From positions 1-64,000 of the IMG/VR virus record IMGVR_UViG_3300005573_001593: DNA of 64,000 nucleotides; one strand, given 5' to 3'. Made by a program: the position numbers and the translations under genes. Under the pieces are notes generated by a model. That model did not search any database and had not been told where the DNA came from. It worked only from the letters and a program-made list of their open reading frames with translations. Positions 18,287 through 27,994 of the stretch are shown one piece after another (within the stretch, counting starts at the first letter, position 1; every line of letters starts with the position of its first letter). This DNA comes from a virus (lineage: Duplodnaviria > Caudoviricetes).

Positions 18287-18973
18287 GTGATGGGAGAGAT
18301 GACGATGGGAGACAGGCAATTCCCCGGCAATTGGCTCATCGGGCAGGACTTCGATCCCAATGAGCACCTGATGAATCTGAAAGGCCGGGACTACCTCAAT
18401 GTTCAGAACCGGTTGCTCTGGTTCATCCGTGACCAGCGTGCACTCATTGTCGCGGGACTGGCGACAACTTCGTATGTCATCCGCACGGAACTAGTTGAGC
18501 TTGATCGTGAGACTGGTTGGGCGCATTTCCGCACATATGTGCGTGATGTGCTAGGCAACGAAGTGACGATGTATGGCTCAGAGTCCATGAAGGATTTCAC
18601 GGACTACGCCGAGAAAGCGAGCACAAAGTCTCTTGGTCGCGCCTTGCTGGCGCTGGGCTATGGAACCGCGTTTGCGCCTGAGATAGACGAAGGCGTACGG
18701 GTTGTGGATACGCCAACAGAGCGCATGGGAGAGACGCGCCGGCAGACGAATTCGTCGCAGCAGCTTCAACAGAGCAGCGTCGCGCAGCCAACTGCACGGC
18801 CAACGGAAGCCGCAGGTGCGACTGATACCGGAGCATCCGAGAAGCAACTCGCAGCCATCGCGCACCTGTGTGAGTTCCTTGGTCGGCAGGTACCAGAGGT
18901 ACGGGGAACCAAGCACGCGCAAGAGCTGATCAAGCAGCTCAACCAGGAGGCTCAGCGCCGTCGCGCGAGCTAA
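18287..18973 (+). CDS. Single-strand annealing protein (Rad52/Sak/Erf-like)
   Basis: LKGRDYLNVQNRLLWF...DYAEKASTKSLGRALLALGYGT; low-complexity linker and a small C-terminal domain. Confidence 0.6.
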   Translation: MMGEMTMGDRQFPGNWLIGQDFDPNEHLMNLKGRDYLNVQNRLLWFIRDQRALIVAGLATTSYVIRTELVELDRETGWAHFRTYVRDVLGNEVTMYGSESMKDFTDYAEKASTKSLGRALLALGYGTAFAPEIDEGVRVVDTPTERMGETRRQTNSSQQLQQSSVAQPTARPTEAAGATDTGASEKQLAAIAHLCEFLGRQVPEVRGTKHAQELIKQLNQEAQRRRAS

Positions 18974-19118
18974 CGGCCCCTAACGAAGGGAGGTATTGCC
19001 CACACGCGCTATCATGGTGGCAATTGCGTGACGTGCGCCTTTTTTTATTCTGCATGTGTTCCCTTGAAGGAAATTAATAGTCTATCAAGAGAAAGAAACC
19101 AGAGAGGAGGGACGGGAC

Positions 19119-19496
19119 ATGCAAACGCTGATGAGTGCGGCGGCGCTCTTGGGAGCGGGTGCGGCGGTGGATCTGGCGGTTGCGCGTGTCACGGCACACA
19201 TCGTCGCCTGGCGTGCGCGCCGTGAAGCCATGCGGCACGATCCCGTTGTTATCGAGCGGGCAGCAGCCATGTTCGCGGCAGACGTGCGACGTCGGATCGC
19301 AGCGGCGGGCTATACCATCGAAGTCACTCATGACCGCTGGGGACGCCCCATGTATTACCACGCGGTACCGATGGTGGCGCCGACCTCGCGCCGGGTGACG
19401 ACGTCGCAACTCGCGATTCCCGCACCAGCGGTAGCACGACGTCCACGACGCAAGCCAATGGCGTTCGCCACGCTCGATGTTGGCCGAGCCATCTGA
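19119..19496 (+). CDS. Hypothetical protein with N-terminal hydrophobic segment
   Basis: AGAGGAGG RBS; hydrophobic N-terminus. Confidence 0.5.
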   Translation: MQTLMSAAALLGAGAAVDLAVARVTAHIVAWRARREAMRHDPVVIERAAAMFAADVRRRIAAAGYTIEVTHDRWGRPMYYHAVPMVAPTSRRVTTSQLAIPAPAVARRPRRKPMAFATLDVGRAI

Positions 19497-19573
19497 TAGT
19501 CGACCTGTACAGACGCTGAGCTAGCGGCGCGACGGGCGAACGGGTGAAGTAGACCAACGAGGAGAAGATCACC

Positions 19574-20326
19574 GTGAGCACAGAGACTACCGAGACCTTC
19601 GACCTGGAGAGCGCGATCGCCGCGGCTGCGACTGCCAAGCGCGAGCGCGAAGAGGCAAAACGGCGCGAGCAGGAAGAACGCGAACACAAAGAGATCGCGG
19701 ACGCCATCGGACAATTCAGCAAGAGCCTTCGCGAGGAACTGCCTCGCGAGATGATGGACGCGCTGGGTGCGGTCGTTGACTACGACCAGGAAGACACACG
19801 TCCACTCGCGTTCTTCGAGCGACACGGCAAGTGGGAGATCCGGCGAGTCACCATGTATGGACATCCATGCTGGCGCGTCATGCGACCAGACCACGTTGTC
19901 TGTGATTTCTCTTTCTCTGAAGGTATGCTTCTCACTCACCTGCTGGAGATGCTTGCCGAGTGGGATAGCGTCGTGGCGCTGAAAGCGGAAGAGGCAGCGC
20001 GCCAGGGCGAGCAGCCTGAACCAGAACCCACGCCGGCAATACCAGCTGCTCCTGCAGAGCCACAGATCACGATCCTCGAAAACGGCTCGAATCGCCGTAC
20101 CGTCCTACTCGACTGCGACGGCGCGAACTTCAGCCGCGAATTGCTGGCGGCCAATCTCTACTCCGACGGCGACATCGAAATCTGGGGGCTGACTGGCGAC
20201 AGTGACCGGCCAGAAGTGTCAGTCCGCCTGCAGAAGACGATCTTCCGCACGCTGCTTTTTGCCGTCGAGCAGTGGCAGGCTGAGCAGGACGCGAAGATGG
20301 CTGACGGCGACGACATCCCGTTCTAG
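19574..20326 (+). CDS. Hypothetical protein (N-terminal coiled coil, C-terminal DDIPF)
   Basis: GAGGAG RBS; ends ADGDDIPF, an SSB-like acidic tail. Confidence 0.6.
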   Translation: MSTETTETFDLESAIAAAATAKREREEAKRREQEEREHKEIADAIGQFSKSLREELPREMMDALGAVVDYDQEDTRPLAFFERHGKWEIRRVTMYGHPCWRVMRPDHVVCDFSFSEGMLLTHLLEMLAEWDSVVALKAEEAARQGEQPEPEPTPAIPAAPAEPQITILENGSNRRTVLLDCDGANFSRELLAANLYSDGDIEIWGLTGDSDRPEVSVRLQKTIFRTLLFAVEQWQAEQDAKMADGDDIPF

Positions 20327-20350
20327 TCATCCTGCGGGAGGGACACCATC

Positions 20351-20884
20351 ATGTTCGACTGGATTGTCTCAGGGTTTCGCTTCCTGCTCGTGATGTGGTT
20401 GGGCATCCTGTTCCTGTTTCTGATGTGGCTCGGCTGGTGTCTCTGGTTCCGGCGCGGCATCCGTGCCGCGCCCATCCCGCCACCTGTGCCAGACCCGATC
20501 CCGAAACCAATCGCAGAGCCGATCGCGGAGGCTGAGCCACCGGCTCCCTCCATCGCGTCTGAGGAGGCGGTATCAGCAGTCCGGGAGCCGTCGCAGCTTA
20601 CCAGCACCGTTCAGCTCGAACAGGAGTCACTGGCGCTTCCAGCACCTCCGGCGGCGCCAATGGCTTCACCCTTGCCAGCGCCGCTGACTCCTGCTGTGCC
20701 TGCGGAACCAAGCCTCGCGTTGCCAGTACCGCCTATGCCGTCCGTGCCTGTGCTGCGTGCCGAGGACCTGCCGCCGGACACGCTCTGCGAACTGTCGGAC
20801 GGAACAGTGGTCACACTGGCGGTTGTGGAGGCCTGGCGCAAGTTGCAGCTGCGCTGGCTAGCGATTCCGCAGGAGCAGCGCTGA
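20351..20884 (+). CDS. Membrane-anchored Pro-rich protein
   Basis: N-terminal TM segment, Pro/Ala-rich stalk, small C-terminal domain. Confidence 0.6.
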   Translation: MFDWIVSGFRFLLVMWLGILFLFLMWLGWCLWFRRGIRAAPIPPPVPDPIPKPIAEPIAEAEPPAPSIASEEAVSAVREPSQLTSTVQLEQESLALPAPPAAPMASPLPAPLTPAVPAEPSLALPVPPMPSVPVLRAEDLPPDTLCELSDGTVVTLAVVEAWRKLQLRWLAIPQEQR

Positions 20885-21138
20885 TGAGACGCCGCAATCC
20901 ATCCCGCCCGGCACAACTCTTACTATGGCAACCGCGCCCCACGAAGCCGCTCCGCGGTGTGCCGGACCCTGACGCTGTGCTCCTCGTGACGGGCATTGCC
21001 GGCGAGTGGGCCTACGTGGGTCGGATGGATTGCGGGCGCTCCCGTGAGGGGGTGCTGGTCGTGGAGTGGACACAGCGGGCTGACGCACTAGCTCCGCGCC
21101 GCTGGGTGGACATTGAGCGCGTACGAGTGGAAGCATAG
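20884..21138 (+). CDS. Hypothetical protein
   Basis: TGATG coupling to the upstream gene. Confidence 0.5.
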   Translation: MRRRNPSRPAQLLLWQPRPTKPLRGVPDPDAVLLVTGIAGEWAYVGRMDCGRSREGVLVVEWTQRADALAPRRWVDIERVRVEA

Positions 21139-21299
21139 CGAGATGGTGCGGACCGATAGACCACCTGAGCCAATGGTACGCTACAACGCGGCGGGGAAGC
21201 GCTGCGTCCAATATCCTCGTTTGAGGCATATTCAACGAAACCTCACACATTCCCGCCCAACCGCATGTGAGCCTCTGATTCTCGAAGTATAGACCTGTC

Positions 21300-21581
21300 T
21301 TAGATGTCCAAATGGGCAGTGAGAAGGTCGAATGTAGTTCTTACCCATGACCGTACTGCGGCATTCTGTATGTGTTGCGGATCGTCCCGACGTTCTATCG
21401 TCAGCGGGCATACCTGGTCGATTACTGCGGCAATCTGAGAGCGGAGGGCGTCTCCATCTCTCGTGCCCATTTCCACCGCACTCAGGATCCGTGCGATCGC
21501 AGGTGCCACGTCAGGTGTGCTCTTCGCGATTCCTATAACCGCCTCACGTGCGGGATGGTAGGGCTCGTCAAACCTCTTCAC
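21300..21581 (-). CDS. Hypothetical protein
   Basis: GTG start after AAGGAG. Confidence 0.45.
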   Translation of the reverse strand: MKRFDEPYHPAREAVIGIAKSTPDVAPAIARILSAVEMGTRDGDALRSQIAAVIDQVCPLTIERRDDPQHIQNAAVRSWVRTTFDLLTAHLDI

Positions 21582-21651
21582 GTTACACGCTCCTTTGCTC
21601 TTGCCGAATCCGTGCCGACGCGCAGGTCGGCGGTCGCGCGCAGCGGAGTCC

Positions 21652-22713
21652 CTATCCTGGCCGCTGGCCATAGGCCACGTAGAACGGCGCGATACAGTGC
21701 ACACGAGGCGACTGCATAGCCAGCCGCGCCTCAGCGAACACGCGATCGAACTCGGCGGCCGTCGTCAGGCCCTGCGCCTCCAGCGGTCCCCGCAGTGCCT
21801 GCATCCCATTGAGGATATCGGTGGCCATCAGCCGGCCAACCCGTCCGCCATGCACCCCAATGGGTACCTCGAACCGTCGGCTGAACACGTTGACGAGTCC
21901 CTGCGTCCGGAACAGAGCGGCCACACGCGACCCATCCGCAATGTCGATGCTCCGCCGCTGTAACATGGCGGAGACCCAGCTCATGATCTGATCGACAGCG
22001 GGACCACCCTGCTCGTCCGCGATCACCTCGACGGACTCCACCCAGCCGCCAGGGCGTGTCACCCGGATGAGTTCGCTTACGACGAAGGGCCAGCGATCAT
22101 GGGGCAGCGCCAACACGAGCAGGCGCATATGCACGAAGTCAAAGCTGGCGTCGGCAAAGGGCAACCCCTCCAGGATGTTGCCCGGCACAAACGCATAATT
22201 GGAGGGGCGCATCACCTCCCCGCCTGCCTCCGCCTTCTCATCGACTGGCGGGGTGTTGAGATCGAGGCCGATCACGTTGGCATACGGGAAGACGGTCGCC
22301 ACCTCATGCGCCCAGCGCCCCGTGCCCGTGCCTACGTCCAGGATCGCACGGGGGTTCTCGACGGGCGCCAGGAAATTGCCCTTGAAGGCCTGGCGCAGCA
22401 CGTAGTGCTGGAAGTCGAGGCGGTTCATCTCCTCGACGTCCCGCGGCAGGACGTACGGAATGCCCCTGGCATGTGTGCGGCCTCTCACCGTCGTGGTCAG
22501 CGCCGCGCCCTGGCCACTCGCCCCGCCGGCGAGCGCATCCGGCTTGGCGCTCCGGAGGTCGACGACCCAAAGCGTAGCGCCGCCCAGCACAACGAGAGCG
22601 GCCACTCCGTCAAGGTAGAACGTGCCTTGACCTAGCTGACCTAGCGCCAGCAGATTCGCCACACCCAGGACGATCCCCAGCGCCACGAGCACCAGTCCAG
22701 ACCACCGTCGCAT
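21652..22713 (-). CDS. Class I SAM-dependent methyltransferase (LaeA/fungal-type) with two N-terminal TM helices
   Basis: YVLPRDVEEMNRLDFQH, ILDVGTGTGRW, VIGLDL, FDFVHMR, LIRVTRPGGWVE. Confidence 0.85.
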   Translation of the reverse strand: MRRWSGLVLVALGIVLGVANLLALGQLGQGTFYLDGVAALVVLGGATLWVVDLRSAKPDALAGGASGQGAALTTTVRGRTHARGIPYVLPRDVEEMNRLDFQHYVLRQAFKGNFLAPVENPRAILDVGTGTGRWAHEVATVFPYANVIGLDLNTPPVDEKAEAGGEVMRPSNYAFVPGNILEGLPFADASFDFVHMRLLVLALPHDRWPFVVSELIRVTRPGGWVESVEVIADEQGGPAVDQIMSWVSAMLQRRSIDIADGSRVAALFRTQGLVNVFSRRFEVPIGVHGGRVGRLMATDILNGMQALRGPLEAQGLTTAAEFDRVFAEARLAMQSPRVHCIAPFYVAYGQRPG

Positions 22714-23084
22714 CGAGCCACCTCTTCCTTCGCTGACGCGCTCACTCGCTCCGCGCCAAACCGCTACGTCCTTGCCGCTCCACCGCTGGCGCTCCCATTA
22801 GGCGGAATCGCCGTCGTAAACGCAGAGCGGTTGGTCCTATGCTACACCACTCGTCAAGTGGAGAGGTCGTGCCAGCCCTCGGTGCCGACCACCGTACGCA
22901 TCACCCTGGCATCCTGGGGCAGCTCTTGACGCTGATTTCGCTTTCTCAGCATGCTGGCGTCTTCCTCCGCTCATGGCTCTTCGGTGAAGTGACGCTCTCC
23001 ATGCAACGGCCCGCCGGTCGCACCTGGCACGAACACTATGCTCGCAAGTCTATAGGGAAGCCATAGCCGTCTGTTCTGTCGCGC

Positions 23085-23432
23085 ATGTCCGTTGCGAACC
23101 TACGGAAAACCGTGGGGACAATCCTCTATCTGCCGGGTATACTGCGCGTGCAGCAGGCAGTCGCCGCGCGGATGCGGGCGGGAGGCAGGGGACCACTGCC
23201 GGTAGGCAACGAGGGGTACGCGCACAGCCGTATGCGGACGTATGAAGCAGCGCTCTCGCGCTTGGACAACCTGGCGCAGGTCAAGGCGGCCATCCGTCTG
23301 ATCGAGCGCATCGGCGGGACGGTACAGATCGCCTCGCCCACAGCGACCGGGATGACGCTGGTCGTCCTGAGGCTGCCGGAGACCTACCGACCCGACGACG
23401 TCCTGCCGGGCCTGCCCTTCTATCCGGTCTAA
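23085..23432 (+). CDS. Hypothetical protein
   Basis: Coding-like GC3 bias; no family recognised. Confidence 0.5.
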   Translation: MSVANLRKTVGTILYLPGILRVQQAVAARMRAGGRGPLPVGNEGYAHSRMRTYEAALSRLDNLAQVKAAIRLIERIGGTVQIASPTATGMTLVVLRLPETYRPDDVLPGLPFYPV

Positions 23433-23632
23433 GTGAGGGCAGGAGGTCACCGGGGAGCATGTCGAACTGACTTGGGTGGACGAGGGCAACGCTGGGCAGG
23501 AAGGTGACGAGACTGCGGGGGCAAACGACCTGCGTGTTATCGCTTTCGCTTGCCTTTTGCTTTACCACATCATTGGTTCGATGTTGAGTTCCTACCACGC
23601 GCTAAGCGGATATACGAGTTGGCAGTATAACG

Positions 23633-23857
23633 TCAAGAATCGCGATCCGTTGAATGGCTATATCTTGTGCCGCTGTTGGCCGGATTGGTCGACGTTTGTA
23701 TCCATGTATTTGCCAGATGGCTGACTTCACGCGAGTGAGCCGTAATGGTGAGGCTGCAACTAGCATGTGCGCGACACCATGCTTCACACTCCTTAGCCCA
23801 CTTCTGCTCATCGAACGTGAGACCACAGATAGGACATGCAAAAGTTGTCGGTTGCAT
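23633..23857 (-). CDS. Small zinc-finger protein
   Basis: FACPICGLTF...CEAWCRAHASC. Confidence 0.55.
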   Translation of the reverse strand: MQPTTFACPICGLTFDEQKWAKECEAWCRAHASCSLTITAHSREVSHLANTWIQTSTNPANSGTRYSHSTDRDS

Positions 23858-24346
23858 AATAGCTACTCCCCTTTACTGAGGGTTGAGTCCGTGAGTTTCT
23901 GGAAATCGACTACCACCTGCTACGTAGGCGGTACCTCTCTGGCAGCAGATATATGCCCACATGCAGGCATTAGGACAGGTAGAGCCGGTATCGGACCTAG
24001 ACCGCAGCACACGGAGCAAACGTCATCGTGCACTCCACCGTCTGCGTCGAACGTATCGTGGCCGCTGGCGGTGCATCTAGTCGGATTAGTCAATGGCATG
24101 GTCGAGCACCCAGACGTTGTGTTCGCTATCGAAGTAGAGCTCACACAATAGATCAGGCTCGCATCGCACGCGGTAGCACGTCCGGTCGCTCCCGAATCTC
24201 TGCCAATTTTGCATTAGATGTTCCGGTCAGGATGGTGCGCACAGTTATGAACACTTGTGGTCCAGGCCCGGCTCGCTGGAACCACTCGTGACGCTGTGGA
24301 TCGAGGTGGATTGGCACTGATGACGGACGAGACAGTAGCTGAAGCG

Positions 24347-24742
24347 CTATTCCTTGTACGTGACAGTCGCCTTCACTTCAACTAGGTTCAAGCACTCCCT
24401 CGCCTGATATCGACCCATATTCTCATGGCCTACGCACATAAGAGTCCCCTCATGGCTCGTCCGCTTCTCGCGTGCCATGTCGCGAATGAACTGGGCGACG
24501 GGAAAGCCACCGTGGCTGCAGACCGGATTGTGACACTCCATGTACTCTGCGGGCATATTTGCCATTGAAAAGGTGCGCTCGCTGAGCGTGCGGGTGCTGT
24601 TTCCAACCGAGTATTCACGTGCCTCCAGTGTGAAGTCTGCTACCTCTGGCACAGTCTCAGCGAATGATGATACCAACCTACCAAAGACCGGTGGATGGTT
24701 TCTGAGATCGTCGTTGGCGTTGGGGCGCCGGTTTCGCGTCAT
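24347..24742 (-). CDS. Hypothetical Cys-containing protein
   Basis: ECHNPVC...MCVGHE...EC; AAGGAG RBS. Confidence 0.55.
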   Translation of the reverse strand: MTRNRRPNANDDLRNHPPVFGRLVSSFAETVPEVADFTLEAREYSVGNSTRTLSERTFSMANMPAEYMECHNPVCSHGGFPVAQFIRDMAREKRTSHEGTLMCVGHENMGRYQARECLNLVEVKATVTYKE

Positions 24743-24857
24743 GGCTCGCTCCTTTCATGCGTTGGTCGTATCACTGTGCGTCTCGCAAGGCAATTCAGGT
24801 GTATACGGTAATTCGATAACTCGCTCTCTGGTCGCTTCGAGCACGGAACGCTGGCAA

Positions 24858-25997
24858 CTAACGAAACCTTCCGAGTTCCAAGGGGGCAGATGGGTCGCTG
24901 CGCGGCGAGGAGCGCGATGTATACTCCTCCCTACTGGCATACGGGGCCAGGATTCGCTTCATGGTATGGGGATATTGGCCCATTGCATCAGCAAAACGCT
25001 GGAAGTCGATCGCCGCAGTATTAGCGCCGTATACGACTTCGGCCATACGTGCTAACGCCCGCGGCTTTTCAGGAGCAAGCTCAACAGGCTCCTCCGTCTT
25101 CCATCCCTTGGACCGCAACTGTTCGAACAAATAATTGTACTGACGCTTCGAGATGATTTTCAGCTCGTACGCCCGTTTCATGAGTGCCTGCATGGATACT
25201 CGCCACCGTGCCTTCAAGGCCGCTAACGATGTCAGTGTGAGTGGCGGCACCAACTGGTCGCGAATCACGTCTTCGGGCATAAGGAACTCGGCGGCGAATG
25301 CATATGCTTCCTTCTCTAGTTCCTTGGTCGTGCCTCGCACAGCATGATGCATAACGAGGTGTCCCAGCTCGTGCGCTGCACTGAGCCTCATCCTGTCAAC
25401 GCTTACGCCTCCTGATAGCACGATGACTGGCCAGCGGACTGAACCAGTCGACCATAAGCCAGAGGAACCCGTCCAGAGGGAGTAAGCCTCACGCCCCTCC
25501 AGACGCAACGGAAGAGCGAAAACAAGGACTCCGCTCTCCTCCAAGAGTCTCAGCAAGTGTGAAATAGGCGAATCAGGAGATACGCCCAACAAGGCTCTTG
25601 TCATGCGCGCAGCTTCAGCTGGACTGGTTGGTTCGTCTCCCAGTTGCGGAATGCTCAAACGGATCTTACTGCGCACTTGCTTTATCATGATGCCGAAGGC
25701 TTCAAACTCTATTTCGGCGTACCGCTGTGCCTCACGCTTGTCAACCAATGACAGGTCAGTTTGCCCGCGAAAACGGAGAGAGCCTTCGGGAAACTGAGGT
25801 GGGTCATCTCGTTCAAAAAACACACCAGGAACACCAAGGCGGTTCGAGAGCGCATCCAGCACGTCAGGCGACGGCTGGAAAATACCGCCCTCGATGTGCG
25901 CCACTGTCGTCTGGGCCACGCCTAGGTCTCGAGCTAGCTCCACCTGCGTAAGGCGATTCCACTCACGAGCCTGGCGTATACGCATTCCGTTAATCAT
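24858..25997 (-). CDS. XRE HTH + ImmA/IrrE-family zinc metallopeptidase
   Basis: RIRQAREWNRLTQVELARDLGV HTH; RLSAAHELGHLVMH (HExxH) and EKEAYAFAAEFLMP. Confidence 0.9.
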   Translation of the reverse strand: MINGMRIRQAREWNRLTQVELARDLGVAQTTVAHIEGGIFQPSPDVLDALSNRLGVPGVFFERDDPPQFPEGSLRFRGQTDLSLVDKREAQRYAEIEFEAFGIMIKQVRSKIRLSIPQLGDEPTSPAEAARMTRALLGVSPDSPISHLLRLLEESGVLVFALPLRLEGREAYSLWTGSSGLWSTGSVRWPVIVLSGGVSVDRMRLSAAHELGHLVMHHAVRGTTKELEKEAYAFAAEFLMPEDVIRDQLVPPLTLTSLAALKARWRVSMQALMKRAYELKIISKRQYNYLFEQLRSKGWKTEEPVELAPEKPRALARMAEVVYGANTAAIDFQRFADAMGQYPHTMKRILAPYASREEYTSRSSPRSDPSAPLELGRFR

Positions 25998-26701
25998 TAG
26001 GCTTGCTCAGCATCATCCCGCTGCTCAGCATCGTCATCTTCCTCCGCGGTCAGCGGCTCTATCGGGAGATCACCGAGGATTTCAATATCGAGGTCAAGCT
26101 CACGTTCGGCGATAACATCGTGAAATATGTCGGACTCCGCGGGATTGGGAAGCCAGACAGTGCCTAGAGATTTTGACGAAGTGTGACGTCCCGGCAACGC
26201 AAACACAGCTGACAGCCCCTCAAAGATACCGTTCTTGGAAGCATGCCATAGAAGCAGTAGCTCTGGTGACGTGCATGCAAATTCTTCTGAGAGAATGAGT
26301 TGAACAACTCCCTGCATGGCTGCAGAATCGCCCAATGGCGGAACGCCACCATCGGATGTGGCCTTACGGATGCGGATCACGCGGCCTTCGTAGCGCACCC
26401 GCAAACCGCTGTTTGGTATCTCGTCAATCTCCAGCGCCACGTCCAGCCCTCGATTGGAGAGGAACAGGCGTGATATGAATCGCACTGTGTGCGAGAAAAA
26501 CCACGGGTCATATCGGCGGGTGCGACTTTCATCTACGAGGCTTAAGGATTCATCGGGCACACCCAGGTAAAGCTCATGCAAACTATCAAGCGTAGTTCTC
26601 GCCTGCGCGGTACCTTCTTCGACGGCTCGCCAGAGGTCCGGCACGATGGGCAAGACGTCTTTGAGGGCGTTCTGAATATGAGGGACATCACCAAGGTTCA
26701 C
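25997..26701 (-). CDS. Hypothetical protein coupled to the XRE-IrrE gene
   Basis: TAATG overlap with the downstream gene; GTG start at 26701 after GGAGGT; acidic C-terminus. Confidence 0.65.
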   Translation of the reverse strand: MNLGDVPHIQNALKDVLPIVPDLWRAVEEGTAQARTTLDSLHELYLGVPDESLSLVDESRTRRYDPWFFSHTVRFISRLFLSNRGLDVALEIDEIPNSGLRVRYEGRVIRIRKATSDGGVPPLGDSAAMQGVVQLILSEEFACTSPELLLLWHASKNGIFEGLSAVFALPGRHTSSKSLGTVWLPNPAESDIFHDVIAERELDLDIEILGDLPIEPLTAEEDDDAEQRDDAEQA

Positions 26702-27155
26702 CGAACACCTCCACGATTGCACGGCATTTTGCATGTGCTAAAAATATACGAAAAATACCAATCCGTCAAGCTGCGTTGTGCCCGTAGACGAACATGTGTA
26801 CTAAATGGCTAATAGATCATGGTCATTATGGTGTGCATGCTCACACGACCATCAGAGTCTTCCTGCGTGAGCAGCCGGACGACGTGTGTGACAGTGACCA
26901 CTTTCACCGCGCCAAACCACAAGCGATACGCCCGTCGGCCGACAGCAAAGTCGTCGACCTGGACAGCTGGCCCACACGAGCATAAGGAAGCGCTGGCGAA
27001 GATCCTACGTCAACTGAGCGGCGGATTGCCGGGTGCGCGGTGAGTGGTCGCAATCTTGCGAGACATCGCTGTGATGCGATAGCGTGTTCATATTGACGCG
27101 TCGTGATAGTATGAAGCAACACCAGTGATTGGCGAGGTGATAGAGGAGAGTCGAT

Positions 27156-27377
27156 ATGGCAAGGCTGCGTGAGCGCGAAAACCAACTGCTGCGCTCTTCC
27201 AAGGGCAGCACTGGCCACGCGACCAAGGGCACACAAAAGCATGAGGTACGGGCCGGGCGCGCTGGCGTGTCCTCCATGACCTATGCTCGCATGTCCAAGA
27301 ATGCCCGGTCATTCCTCTTGCAGATGGACGCTAATCCGCACATCAAGGCTGTGATGCGCGACCTGGCTGATAAGTAG
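27156..27377 (+). CDS. Small basic protein, putative antitoxin
   Basis: 73 aa directly upstream of the Doc-like gene; GAGGAG RBS. Confidence 0.55.
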   Translation: MARLRERENQLLRSSKGSTGHATKGTQKHEVRAGRAGVSSMTYARMSKNARSFLLQMDANPHIKAVMRDLADK

Positions 27378-27379
27378 TC

Positions 27380-27994
27380 ATGGCTTCGGGGCGTTTTAGC
27401 CGCCAGGGGCGCCGTACGTTTTCACGTGTGGCGCCCTTTCCGTTGCCGCTCGACGTACCGTACGCTGATGCGTGCAAGGATGTCATTGGCCAACTCTGTC
27501 ACGACGTCGAAGGCTTCCATGAGTTCATCGTAGACCAATTTGGCGGCGTGCCTGGAATACGATCACAAGACCAACTGGAGGCAGCCATAGCGCGACCGTT
27601 TGTTAGCTTCGGGCTGCAGAGTGTCTATTCTACTGGCATCGAGCAGGCCAGCGCGCTTGCATACGCACTCGTCCAGAATCATCCGTTTGTCGACGGCAAC
27701 AAACGCACGGCTCTCTACAGTTGCCTCTATTTTCTCCAGCAGTGTGGGTACTGGCGGCATGATCTCTATCTCACTCGGCACGAGTCCCAGTCCTTAGAGG
27801 GGCTTATCCTCATGATCGCGCGCGAGGGCGAGGACATCCAAAAGCGGCGCATCCTTGCACGATACGAAAATCATGATCTTGCGGTGACATTGGACCAAAT
27901 CCTTGCTGGATCGCGCAATCGTCAACCCTTCAGTAGACGTCTGCGCAATGGAATATTCAGACCGCTTCTTCATATTTTTGGCTCGCATGAATAA
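27380..27994 (+). CDS. Fic/Doc-family toxin
   Basis: HPFVDGNKRTA Doc-type motif; GGVPGIRSQDQLEAAIARP. Confidence 0.9.
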   Translation: MASGRFSRQGRRTFSRVAPFPLPLDVPYADACKDVIGQLCHDVEGFHEFIVDQFGGVPGIRSQDQLEAAIARPFVSFGLQSVYSTGIEQASALAYALVQNHPFVDGNKRTALYSCLYFLQQCGYWRHDLYLTRHESQSLEGLILMIAREGEDIQKRRILARYENHDLAVTLDQILAGSRNRQPFSRRLRNGIFRPLLHIFGSHE

